Source: Azolla caroliniana
Taxonomy: Eukaryota > Plantae > Polypodiophyta
DNA: 64,000 bases
Assembly: GCA_043228905.1 (NCBI GenBank)
Contig: JBHGNT010000011.1
Coordinates: 3,100,001 to 3,164,000 of the forward strand
Reading direction: 5' to 3'
This document shows, piece by piece, positions 11,997-25,212 of this stretch. Positions within the stretch are counted from its first letter, which is position 1, and each line of letters opens with the position of its first letter. Below the pieces are notes generated by a model. The model worked only from the letters and a program-made list of their open reading frames with translations, searched no databases and was not told where the DNA came from. A program made the translations under genes and the position numbers.

Positions 11997-12550
11997 GATC
12001 TCATATATCAAGTCCTTGAATCCGAAGATACGACACATCTCTGGGAAAGACAACATCATGGCCGATATGCTATCGAGAGCGTGGTTTGAAGAAGAAGACG
12101 ACATGGTATCAGAAGATGAAGAAGTCGGTGTGAACTTCTTCAAGTTGGCCCGACTATCGGCAAACGGGCGAAGCACTCCATCCCTACATACGTTTACAAA
12201 AGACGGCTACGAGGGGGGAGTGGTTGCTGACTAGGAGGTTCCCGAGCACGATGGCAATGGATGCATCAGGGACGAAGGAGGAAGTGAGTCGGATCCGGAA
12301 AAAGGAGTACAAGTTCTTCCTGCGAGACGGGGTTATTTGGCGGCACCCAAAGAGACGAAATGTTACACCACTCCGGGTGGTGGCGAGGAAGGAGGACCGA
12401 TCGGTTATGATGGCCGAATTTCACGAGAGTCCCTGGTCCGGACATCGGGAGACATGGGCCATGTTCAAGAAGCTCAAGGACAGGTAGTGGTGGCCGAGGA
12501 TGTACAAGGATGTGTACTACTTCGTGACGATGTGCAAGTGCTGCCTTATG
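11997..12550 (+). pseudogene. Gypsy RNase H / integrase N-terminal fragment (continuation of 1-356 host element)
   Basis: YIKSLNPKIRHISGKDN, FHESPWSGHR. Confidence 0.85.
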
Positions 12551-12795
12551 CAGCTCTTGAACAAGTAGTTAGTACATTCATGAATACACTTGCTCATAAA
12601 GAGAAAGTTCTTACTTAAGGTGTTAAATGAAAGTAGTATCATGGGATGTACGAGGGGCATCTTCTCCTCATAAGAAATATATATTATGGAAAACTTTATT
12701 TGATAAAGAATGGGATGTTTTATGTGCAGTTGAACGTAAGTGTCATGATTTAGCAAGATTTGTGTTACATTTGCATGAATATTACGCATGACAGT
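12551..12795 (+). pseudogene. L1-type LINE, start of ORF2 (AP endonuclease N-terminus)
   Basis: ATG at 12627 gives MKVVSWDVRG (cf. the SWNVRG motif), then after a frameshift WDVLCAVERK (cf. DxxxLQE). The product is missed by the ORF track. Confidence 0.75.
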
Positions 12796-13052
12796 TGTTG
12801 AGAATTGAACTCAACTTCCCATAGGAATAGTGCTCACACTAGTCGGTGGACAACTTACTAGGACATTTTTGTAATTAGTAGAAATGGCATTTGCCCTAGA
12901 CTAGTTGGTATTTAAACCAACCTTTTGTAACTTAGTTACTGTTGGAATATACAGTTTCTTGGTTAGAGCTCTCAGTCACTCTCTTTCTCATTCTGTCTTA
13001 TGCACATACACACACACACACACACACACAAAATCACTCTCGATTCTTTACA
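12796..13052 (+). repeat. Copia D 5' LTR
   Basis: tgttgagaat...ctttaca followed by an iMet-type PBS. Confidence 0.9.
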
Positions 13053-13825
13053 TGGTGTCAGAGTGCGTGGTAGCTTGATCCAAGTCCATTGCCTTTACGT
13101 GTGTTGTGCTCAAGTAGAGAACTGGCTGATCGTTGTAGCAACAATTTTTGCACAACTCACATCAAGAGTAGAAGAAGTTTGACAATGAACACCCAGATGG
13201 GATGCGCTCTTCCCACCGAGAAGCTCGATAGAACAAACTTCGCATCATGGGAGTACAAGATGCATCAGTACCTTGTCAGAGAAGGTTACTGGAGCTTCAT
13301 CGAGGGAGCTCATGAAATGCAACCCAACTCGATACATGTTGACTACCTGGCATGGGAGCAGGCCGCGAGCCATGTGTTGTATTGCCTTGCGTCATGTGTC
13401 CATGACCACATGCTGGGCTATACTAGAGTCGAAAGAAGCTTGGGGAAATCTCAAGAAGATCTTTGCGGCCAATACGATTGCACGAAAGCTCCAACTTTGA
13501 TAGGAGCTAAACGTCGATCACCAACTATACCTTGAAGATCAAGGAGTTGTGTGATGCCCTCGGATCGATCAATGTCATCATCAACGATGAAGAAATGGTG
13601 CAAATATGCCTTAGCGGCTTAGCACCACGATTCGGGACGATCAGATCGGCCATTCTTGTAAGGGAGAACCCACCTTCCTTTTTCGACCTTCAATCAATAT
13701 TATTGGTGGAAGAAAACCATGCCCAAAAAAGGAGCAATGCATCGGATGGTCAGATGATCTACTCACAATCGGACGATAGAAGAAGATTAGGCCGAGGAAA
13801 TAGAGGTCGATTCGGCCAAGGGCGT

Positions 13826-16800
13826 TGTCGTAGTGTGAATCACACACTACGTGAAATATGTAAAATACTATATCCGATTTAAAGTACATAAAATAAATAA
13901 ATAAAAATATTAAGTTTTTTATTTATTACATGCATAGGGTAGGATTTGAACCTTATACATCCACATAGACAAACCCCAACCTTACCATTTTGCTAACTTA
14001 TCCTTAGTGTTTTAAATATAGATTTAATACCTATAAGACCTTTATTTATGTCTACCTTTATTAAAAAGGTAAGTCATGCATTTTTAGAGTGCGTGAATAC
14101 TTTATTTATAAGAAAAATGTAAACCAATAAAATATTACTTGTGCACATCTAGCGAGCATGAGCACTATATTTAGGAAATAAAAGCATAGTGTAAAAAGCA
14201 ACTCATGCACATTTAGTGTGCATGAACACTTTAGAAAAAGCATGAAGCTATGCTTAGCCTCTTCCATCCTTATATAAGGAGGAGAGAAAGATATATAGTG
14301 TTGTTGATTATTTTACAAGGGATGAAGGTCCTCGATGTGTTTTCAGTATTCGAAAGTCGGTTCGGGAGGTTGTCTGCGAGAGATCAAGCTATCCTCGCAT
14401 CGGACAAAGATATCATGTTCTTATGAGCCCCGTAGACGTCCGGGACCAGAAGGATCTTGGAGTGCTTCTAGAGGACACAACTACCGAGAGTGGCCTCACC
14501 GAAACATGGGAAAGCATGCGGGATATCGTCGCGCGATACACAAAGAGGGGGCAATGGCTTGCCAACGAAGAAAAGAGGGTTTTAGAACCGATTCCGAAAC
14601 CGAGATCCGGATCGGAAGACCATCAACCGCGGGCTCAGGAAGCTACGACCGAGAAGGGAATCGACGCAACCACGATGGAGCAATTCCTGAAGGAGATGGA
14701 GAATCTAAAAATCGCGATGGTGAGGAAGTCGGATGACCGTCCCACAAGTTCCAAGTATATGGACTGTCGGTGATAGCACCGAACATGATTAGAGGGATTG
14801 CGATGATTACAAGGAAGCGCTACGACGGGATCTTATCTACTACGAGGGAAATCAGATTCATTTGATGGACTCTCGGAAGCTGCTCTGACCGAACTTCCGA
14901 AAAGGCAGCATGAAGAAGGTCCTAGAGGAGGAAATAGCGGCGAAGAGCAATTATGCGACAACCGCGGGAATACGTGTCGGGGAGTCATCGGGAGTAAAGG
15001 TGTCTTTTTGGCCGGAAGTGCTAGAAAACACTGAGAAAACCGACTCGAATGAGATCCGAAACACCGCGGAAGGCATCCGGGAAGCTACGGGATGGGAGTG
15101 CCCAGTCAATAAGAATAGCGTATACGCCCTATGTCAATTACATGAGGTGTATGTGGATGAGAAGCGGCGACGCACGGAGGATGCAGCCGAACCATCGAAG
15201 ACACCGGAGAGCTGGAACTCCGACGGAAGAGGGAAAGGAAAAACGATTCCGACATTCAAACTCTCTTCGGACATCGAGCAACGAATGGACATAAAGAAAG
15301 TGTTCGAGGAGAGAATCCTCGACATCTGGGTAGATTTTTCGCTTTGGGAACTACTCGGAATAGTAAAAAAAGAGTTCCATGATCTTCTTGTGGCTCTCGT
15401 GAAAAGAAAAAGACAAACTATGGAGGAAAATGCGCTGATGGTGAATGCAAATACCGTTCTGATGAACGATACTGAAGTGGAGGATCAGATTCCGAATTCT
15501 CACTATACAAAGCCACACTGGGCGCATGCAACTACCGAGACTCTGGTCCGAATCGGCAACATCAAAGAGCCCATGCTAGCTTTGATTGATCACAGATCGG
15601 AGATCAATTTGATGTCTAAGGAGTTCTACCGGAAGGGGAAGTGGCCTATTAACACCAATCATGGATGGAAGATCCGGGCGGCCACTAAAGCAACGGAAGA
15701 TCTATTTGCGGCTTGTCCGGATGTGACGGTGAAGATCAGGGATGTCGAGATCAACCAAAATTTCTTCGTACAAGACAAGGTCTCACACTCCGTGATCCTT
15801 GGGCAACCCTTTATCACTGCTTCACGGATGGAGACAAAGGTGCTCGATAGTGGTGCGGCTTTTGCACGAATTTGGAGCCAAAACAGAGGGAAATCCGTCG
15901 AATTCCTAATGGCGCCAGCAAATCATGAAAGGAACAAGAGAGAGCTCTTATCCCAAACAAGAATGGATTTTTAGAGCGGACTGTTGCGGAGTGGGGGAGT
16001 GATAGTCCGAGAAGCCCTGATACCCCACACAGGAAGAAAACTCTCGGAGCAAAACAAGTACGAATCAGTCTGGATGGGGCATCCACGTACACGGTCGTAA
16101 CCGGATGAATGAAGAAAGAATACCGAAAGGTGGAGGATAAGTTACGGTCGGCATCAATAATAAAAGAAGACGAAGAAATCATGGGAATAGTCGAAGAAGT
16201 GTTCTATGGGAGCACGCTACAACGGCTTGAAGAGCTCATGGAAGATACAAGCCAGGGAAACCGAGTAATTCCGGTGGAATCGGTCAAGATGTACGAGATC
16301 ATTGCGAAAATGGGGCTGGATGCGCTCCGCAAAGAAGGAGCAATGGTAAGTATGAAATAGAAGACCGTGGAGAAGAAGGTGAAACCGGCCATGAGACCAC
16401 TACTCGCTGATAGCGAACACAAGAGGAAAGAAGTCTCGGGAGATCCGACACTTCGGAAGTCCGTGGATATTGGACATGTCTTCACGGATGAGACCCGGAA
16501 GAAACTTCGGATCGGTGGAGGTGGTTTCCTCTTACAAAAAGAAGAAGAACGGTTTCGTGAGATGTTGGAGCAACATGGCAAAGCGTTCGCATTCACATCA
16601 AGGGAGATAGGATGCATTGATTCGAAGATAGTGGAGCCGATGGTGATCTTCACGATTGACCATGTGCCGGGGAACCTGAAGCTGATTCAGGTGCCACGGG
16701 CGCATATTCCGAAAGTCATTGACTTGCTCAAGGAGAAGTTGGTGATGGGGATTCTAGAGCCATCAAATGCTCCATACTCGAATCGATGGTTTACCGTTCC

Positions 16801-19800
16801 GAAGAAGAATGGATCACTCGGATTTATCCAAGACTTGCAACCGGTGAACAAGGTCACTATCCGGAACTCGGGAGTCGGTCCGATAGTGGAAGAATTTGCG
16901 GAAGCTTTTGCCGGACACGCAATATACTCCATCTGAGACCTAGACTCCGGGTATGACCAATTCCAACTAGCCGTGGAGAGCCGAGACATCACCACCATGC
17001 TTACACTGATAGGGTTAGTCTGAATGTGCACACTACCACAAGGAGCGACAAACTCGGTTGCACATATGATGAACGCGATGAACAAGGTGCTTCGAGATTG
17101 CATCCCGTAGATAAGGATGCCGTTCCTAAATGACATTCCGATGAAAGGATGCGCGGTAGAAGAAAAAGATGAAACTATGGATGATCGAGGATGCCGAAAG
17201 TTCGTAGTCAACCATATTCGCGATTGCGAGAAACTGCTTCGAAAGTTAGAAGATGTGCACCTAACACTTTCCGGGGAGAAATCGGCATTCGGGCAAGAAG
17301 AGATATTGGTAGTCGGACATCTATGTGGGCCCTACGGCCGGAGACCGTCACCGACCAAGATTGATGCGATTCAAGCTATGAAAGAAATATGCGAGTCACA
17401 ATTCGAAGTCCAAAGGTTTCTCGGAGCATGTGCATTCTACCACATATGGATTCCGCACTATGCACATATTGCGGACCCACTCTATCACTTGTTACGGAAG
17501 GGTAAGAAGTTCAAATGGAAACCGGACAATACCAAACCCGTGAAGAAGCTCAAGAAATCACTACGAAGGGCAAAAGCACTAAAGAAGCCGAACTATGACC
17601 GACCGATCATAGTAACGGTTGACACAAGTCCAACCGGAATCAGATGGGTCATCAATCAAGCCGATCCAGATGGTTCGCGATATCCGATCCGATTCGGAGC
17701 AAAGGTTCTCAACGAAAGGCAACGCGGGTATGCACAAGTCAAAAGAGAATTATGGGGAGTCGTGTCGGCAATAAAATCGGATCGAGATTATTTGATCGGA
17801 GCTGAAGTAGTGATTGAAACAGATTGTCTTCCGATACTCGAGATGATGCGGTGTTGCACGATACCAGATGTGGCTATGCTAAGATGGATTGCATATGTTA
17901 AGTCGCTTAACCCGGACGTACGACACATCTCCGGAAAAGACAACGCGGTAACGGATATGCTATCAAGGGCTCGGTTTGGAGACGACATAGCGGAATCCAA
18001 TAATGAAGAAGTTTCTGAAGACTACTTTGCTTCGGAGCACATATGCCTAGTAAACGTAATCCGAGAATTCCGAGAAAAAGAATACGAGGGAGAAATCTTG
18101 ACGATCGGGAAGATGCTACAAGAGATCGAGGTGTCAACGAATGATAAAGAAAAGAGAGCCGAGATCCGAAGTAAGAAGCGACAAGTCCGAAAATTCTTCT
18201 TGAAAAATGGATTAATATGGAGGGAGCCAAAAAGATCGAATGGCATACCACTTCGAGTAGTCGGGACGAAAGAGCAACGAAACCGGATAATATCCGACTT
18301 TCATGAATCCGATTGGGCTGGACATCGAGGAACATGGGCAACTGTTGTGAAAATCAAACAAAAATATTGGTGGAAGAATATGTACAAAGATGTAGCGGAG
18401 TTCACGGTGTCGTGAAGATTTTCGTCCACGAGCGGAAACCCGAGCAACGAGAGCCAAAGAGCGATGTGCAATGTTGCACACGTACATAATGTATTTGTAA
18501 TAATAATAGGGGAAAAGGGTATGGTGCTAGAAATGCCCCATAAGATCCCTAAGGTATAAAGGCGATGTGGTCTTGTGCGCACATCCACGCGCGCGAGAGA
18601 GAGAGGTACTATGCGGTACATAGGTACCTAGTTGTTTGTGAGGAGGTGGGAGTTAAGGGGCCATCAATCTCACCCTCCCCCAAATCAAGGCAAATATCCC
18701 CTTTGAATGAAAGGGGATATTTTAGTCTCGTTTTTGTAAACGGTCTTCCCTCCTTGTGCTATAAAAGGAGAGGGAAGGCACCATTGTGAGGGTTGCCTAT
18801 TTTGAGTGTGCGAGGTATACCACATAGGTCGAGCGTTAGGGTTAGGGTTAGGGTTTCTTCATCTTTATCTTCATCTTCGTCGGTTAGGGTTTCGAGTAGT
18901 CGTTTGGTGCGGCCTACGCGGCCACCATTTTGTAATCGTTCATTTCGTTTTAATACATCTTGTTGTTCATCTTGTCTCCATCTTCCTCTTGTTCGATCTA
19001 GTCTCTTGTTCATTCTTCTTCTTCTTCTTCTTGAGCAAAGCTTCCATTCCATGTCCGATTCCTTCTCCTCTACTCCTTAATCCAAGACCCCCGTGGTCCC
19101 GCCCTTCTCCACGCACGCGCGTAGCAACGCGACAACGGGAAGCTGTGAGAAGTGTCAAGTCTACTCCGGGGTTCGACACCGAGATGAATTACATCCGACA
19201 TTTTCACCGACAATCAACTTCAAGTGGATGGTCGACATTGTAGCCATGCCAACCGGGATCGGTCAAAAGAAGTACTTGGTGTTAGCTCGGGAAGATCTCA
19301 CAAACAAAGTAGAAGGTCGAGCACTACGAAAGAAAACGTGTTCTGTGGTATGCCAATTTCTTTTGGAGGTGTTTTGCAGGTACGGGTGCGTAAGACAAGT
19401 GATTGCGGATCAAGGAGAACTTTACTCTGACAAAGCTAGGGGATTCTTCGCCAAACATGGAGTTTGGTTAACACTAATAACGGCATACAATCCGGAAGCC
19501 AACGGGAAGATCGAACGAGGACATAGTTCGATCGTCAAAGCACTTGCGAAGGCATGCGATGGAAGGGTGAAGGATTGGCCGAAGATGCTTCTGTATGCAC
19601 TATGAGCGGATCGGACGATGCATAGCTTCGTAACCGGTTACGTGTCGGCAGAACTCATGATCGGACAAGCACCGGTAATGCCAAAGGAAACCGCGATCAC
19701 GACATGGACAGTGCTACCGTGGAAGGAAGAGATGAGCCGGGAAGAACTACTAGCGGTCCGGATACGACAACTAGAGGGAAGACTAGAAGACATAGCGGAA

Positions 19801-21064
19801 GCAATACACCGACAACAAGAAGTGCGATTCTGGAATAAAAGCCGGTTTGACACAAAGCACCGACTATGACCGCGGAAGATTGAAGAAGGAGATTGGGTGA
19901 TTATCTACGACAATAGTTTGGATCATCAACATACAACGATGCGGAAGTTCGCGAAAAGGTGGTTCGGGCCATACGAGGTTCGGAAAATTTTCGACAACGG
20001 AACTTACCGACTATGCGAGTTGGATGGAACAATGCTTCGAGTGCCTATAGCCGGGAAACGGGTGAAGATTTTCAAGAAGCGGACTGATGAAGAACCCTAT
20101 GTGATCCTAGACAAGACCGACAAGGAGGAGCAATCAGACGAAGATTGCGGTGGTGCGGAAAGCGAAGAAAGTGGATTACAACTCATAGTCGACTTAAGGA
20201 GAGAATCGGAGGAAGCTTCGGATGAAGGTGAATAGCAAGCATCGGGGACTTTGGCACATACAGGAGGATGTGCGGGTTCGGAGGGGGCGAGAGCCATAGT
20301 GTGAATCACACACTACGTGAAATATGTAAAATACTATATCCGATTTAAAGTACGTATAATAAATAAAATAATATATTTTAAAAGAATATTTATTATGTGC
20401 ATAGGGCAAGATTTGAACCCTATACCTCCATATAGACAAACCCCAGCCTTAACATTGTACTAACTTATCCTTAGTGTTTTAATTAAAGATTTAATACCTA
20501 TAAGACATTTATTTACGCCTTCCTTTATTAAAAAGGTAAGTCATGCATTTTTAGAGTGCGTGAATACTTTATTTATAAGAAAAATGTACACCAATAAAAT
20601 ATTACTTGTGCACATCTAGCGAGCATGAGCACTATATTTAGGAAATAAAAGCATAGTGTAAAAAGCAACTCATGCATATTTAGTGTGCATGAACACTTTA
20701 GAAAAAGCATGAAGCTATGCTTAGCCTCTTCCATCCTTATACAAGGAGGAGAGAAAGATGTATGTTCTTGATTATTTTACAAGGGTTGATTAATATAATA
20801 TATTCGTGGGATTCACGAAATAATCTATACTTGTGGGATTCACAAGTTCTTTTTAATCTCTTTCTTTCAATCTAAATACATATTCTTATCTAAATATTGA
20901 TTAATCGAATACAATACACTCGTGAGATTCACGAGATTTCTATCTCTCTTTCTAATAATCTATCCATAACTATAAACTTGTCTCAAATTCTTCCTCTTCC
21001 TAGTCCAAAACCCCAGCGGTTCCCACCCGACTCACGCAACGATATGGCGCCGAAAGGCATGATA
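13826..21064 (+). mobile_element. Gypsy element G4 (divergent, older, decayed)
   Basis: 5' LTR 13826-~14322 (3' part deleted), 3' LTR ~20292-21064, TSD gcgt at 13822-13825 and 21065-21068. gag-PR 14335-15974, pol 15971-20235 with many stops. Confidence 0.9.
18408..19134 (+). repeat. Gypsy solo LTR inside the G4 integrase zinc finger
   Basis: tgtcgtgaag...gcgaca flanked by TSD acgg (18404-18407, 19135-19138). Removing it restores F-T-G-S-C-E-K-C. Confidence 0.93.
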
Positions 21065-24000
21065 GCGTCAGGGTCAGTCGATCGGAGAACGTAACTCTCC
21101 CCTGTGGCAAGATGACAGGAGCAATGCCAGAGAGTTCGGCAGAAGGGGGAGCTATCTTGCCGGACCGAGCAATTGTAACAACCTGATCGAATGCGGGTAC
21201 TGTGGAAAACTCGGCCATTATGAAGAGGAGTGCGGGAAAAAGATACGAGACGCGGTATCGACCAACCGACAACGTACGAATTACGCTTCGAATTCAGACT
21301 ATGATGATCGTGGCGAAATGTTTATGATGAGGCACAAGGCGCATTCAATGTTGGCAGAAGGTAAGGCAAGAACCTCAACCTCGGATAATGTATGGTTTGT
21401 TAACTGGGGAGTGTTCAATCATATGATGTCCCATGAAGATTGGTTCTGAGAATTACGAAAGCCCGATCGGCCCGGTTATGTTGAAACAAGCAATGACATG
21501 ACACATTCAATACGGCGTCGTGAAGATTTTCGGCAACGGTGTGAAAATTGCATGGAACGTACAAAATCGAGTGTGGTTCTTCACACACAATATGAAACAA
21601 TAATATTGAAGATACTATTTTAGATTAGTTTAATATATTGGTACAAAAAGATGGATGTCTTCAAGAGCTTCCAAATGCACTTCACTACATATGAAACAGA
21701 CAACTAAGTGTCAAGTTATGTGAGTATGAGGTTTGAGAAGAAGAAGAGAAAAACAAAACTCTGAGATATCACACATAGATAGGGCAAATCAAGATCCCAG
21801 AGTATATAAACAGACCCATTCCTCTTTATATTAAATCTATGTGTTTGCAGCATAGAAAGGTTGGGTAGTATAACTTGGATAAATGGATGTGACCGAATTT
21901 TCTAGATGAATGGATTCAACGAAGTTGACTGGTTTTTGAACGGCACCGGATGGAACGGACAGGGACCGGATGGACGCGGACATGGACGGGGGGACCGGAC
22001 GAGAGCTGGATGAGTGACATGCATCACATGCATTATGTTGTTTGGAAGAAAACCGTCCCCAGGCGCAAACCGTGTATAGCGTGTGTGAACCGGCCCTTAC
22101 ACGTGGGCACGCCCCTTGTTGTATAGTAGATAGGTAGGCACAAAAGTCGAATCCTAGGTAGCAATATTCTATAGGGAGAATCGAGGAGTATATCTGTCCG
22201 AAAGGACAAAGAATTAATGTGATGTACACGGGTGAAACGGCCTCCCTCCTTGAGCTATAAAACAGAGGGAGACGGAGAGAGAAGGGATCGGGCGCTAGAG
22301 GGGAGGAAGTGTTGTCGGACTGGGACCGAGCTCTTCTTCTTTGTCGTTCTCCATAACTTTCTTTTGCGCAGGTTCTCGAGAGGCTGATTCTGCTTCGTGG
22401 AACGCCCGTGTGCTTCCGGCAGAATCTCCATCTTGCTCCCTTGTGTGCGTGGGTGATCAGGCGTCGGCATCCATCTCGCCGACCTGATCGGCTATAACCA
22501 TTTGAGTCGTCTGCATATATACAAATACATACACTAGTGTTCTTATACTCTATCTCCTGCTCAACTCGTGTCTCCTGTGTTGTTAGGCCGCGTTCCCGTG
22601 CGCTTCTTTGTCTATACGCGTGTGAGTGTCTCTCTCTCTCTCTCTCTCCCTTTTCTCACCTATTCCTCGGTTCAAGACCCCAGTGGTCCCGCCTTGTTCT
22701 CCACGCACGCGTGTAACAACGTGACATCCTTGGTGAACCCGACGTGGAACAGGCGGTAGAGGAGTTGAAGATGAGGGGGTCGGACCTCGCAGAAGCCATG
22801 GCTTCGGCTGTGGACCGTATAGTGAGTGTGCGCGAAGGCACTGGCGCCCTTGATAGGGCTATTGAGGCGGTTGTCGGTACGATCGACTGGTTTAGTGGGA
22901 AGGATGCCACGAGCTACTTGGCGTCCTACCGGGCTGAGATGGTAATGAGGGACATTCCGGAAGAGAGGCGTCTAGCCGGATTCCCTCGAGTGGCGATGCC
23001 GGGCATCCATACGGAGGTGCTCGAGGTACGGGCCGAGAGCTTGACCTGGGAGGAGTTCGAAGGTCGGCTCCTCGAAAAATATGGGCTTGAAGATGCGCTT
23101 CGACTTTCGAAGCGGGACTTCATGGAGTGGGTGGAGACCCCCGACAAAGGAAGGAACGCGTCGGTGCTCCTCCGGGAGTTTGAGGAACGCTTCGCGCGCC
23201 TCTCAGTACTTGACCGGACCATTCTGGACACAAGTCGTGTCCTATTGTTTGTTAAGTCAGTTGACGAGCGGGATCGGGAGCAAGTAGGCCTCCTATTGGA
23301 GACTGATGACGGGCTGACGGCCGACTGGGCCGTGGTGAAGAGGGTCTGTGGCCGTTTCGACAAACGGCGGGAATGGGTTGACAAAGGATCGACAGGGGCG
23401 GGCGGGCTCTGTCGCAGCAAGGAAGCTCGAGCCAACGCCACCAACGCGAAGGGAAGAGACCCGAGATTGGCTCGAGACCGGATCGGCTTCGACCAGCATG
23501 GTCAAGGGCTCGTCCGGGGGAGCAGCTCTGGAGGAACTGACGCAGATGGTAAAGGATCTCCAGATCGCCTAGGCATGGAGGGATGGTGGCGAACAGGCCC
23601 GTGACCGACGACCTCTGGCTGAAAATAGGTGCATGTGGTGTGACACAGTTGGCCACATTCGGAAGGACTGCGGGGACTTCGCCGAGGCGATGAGAAGCAA
23701 CGTGGTGTACCTGTGGAACGGTTGGGTGCACTGCAGCGAGACTCGAAGGGCCCTGGACCTGAATGTCGGGCGAGGGGGTATGAAAAGGCTGACGGAGGAG
23801 GTGGCGGCTCATCACGCGGAGACCGTCCACTACTCGACGTCAGCTGGTATTCGGGTCGGAGGTGGCGAGGCCGCGAAGACGAACAAAGCCGGGTTCTGGC
23901 CGAGGATGCTAGAAGGCCTTGCCGGTGCACGACTAAGGAAAGAAGAGGCGGACCGTGCGGAAAAACAGGTCCGGGAGGTAACCGGGTGGAGTGACCCGGT

Positions 24001-25212
24001 GGAAGAAAAGACGGGCTTCGTCGAAGCCGCTTCTCAAAACTACGAGGCTCTAGTGGAGGACAAACGGGTAGGAAAAACCGGGGGGGCCGGGCCCTCGCAA
24101 CGATATGAAACTCGATTCGGGCAAAGGCGGAATGAGGCCGGTGTAACCGGCACCCAGGATAATCCCAAGAGGGGCGGGTACCAGCTGGGCACAGAAATCG
24201 AAAGATCCACGGACCTGCGAAAGGTCTTGGAAGAAAGAATCCTCGACAACAAGGTGGAACTGTCGCTGAGGGAAGTGCTCAGGATCGCCAAGAAAGAGTT
24301 CCACGACTCCATCGTAGACTTGGTGAAGAGGAAGAGGCTGTCGACGGAGACAGAACCGGAGAAGCCGGTGGAGGTGCAGACGACGCACATAGAGGATATG
24401 GCACTGGAAGACGAGTTGGCGGAGAGCCACTATTCTAGGCCGCATTGGGCCAGAGCGACCACGGAGACCCCCGTGAAAATCGGAGATGTTCATGAACCGG
24501 TGGTGGCCTTGGTGGACCACGGTTCAGAAATCAATTTGATGTCCATGGACTTCTACAAGAAGGGGAAATGGCCGATCAATACCAAGCATGGCTGGAAGAT
24601 ACGGGCAGCGACGCGTGCCACGGAAGAACTACATGGGGCCTGTCCGAACGTACGGGTGAAAATCGGCGATATCGAGATCGACCAGCACTTCTTCGTGCAG
24701 GAGACGTCCTTGCATCCGGTTATACTAGGAGAGCCATATATCACGGCGGCACGGATGGAGACCAAGGTGCTGGACAACGGTTCAGCCTATGCAAGAGTCA
24801 AAAGCCAGGACGGGCGCCACTCGGTCCAGTTCCTAACGGTAAGACCAAACCACGAGCGTAACCACGAGGCCCTTGGCAGCGAAACCCGAGGGGATTTTTA
24901 GAGAGGGCTATCAATGCGTGGGGCCGCGATAGTCCGGACTCCCGAGAACAACCCCACAAATGTACAGTACAGTACGGCAAACTACGAAAGGTGATCGATA
25001 AAGACCTTAGAGAAGACCGGACCGTTCCGGTAGGATCGATGGGAATGTACGAAGTCATCGCGGACTTTGGGGAAAGGATCGGGTCGGATCGGACGGCCCG
25101 CGTGGATACGAAATACAAGACTGTGGACCAGAAGGTGAGGCCAGTCGCGACACCCTTGCCGGAGGGCAGCGACGAGCGGATAAAAGGGGTCGCGTCAAAC
25201 CCAAGTTTACGG

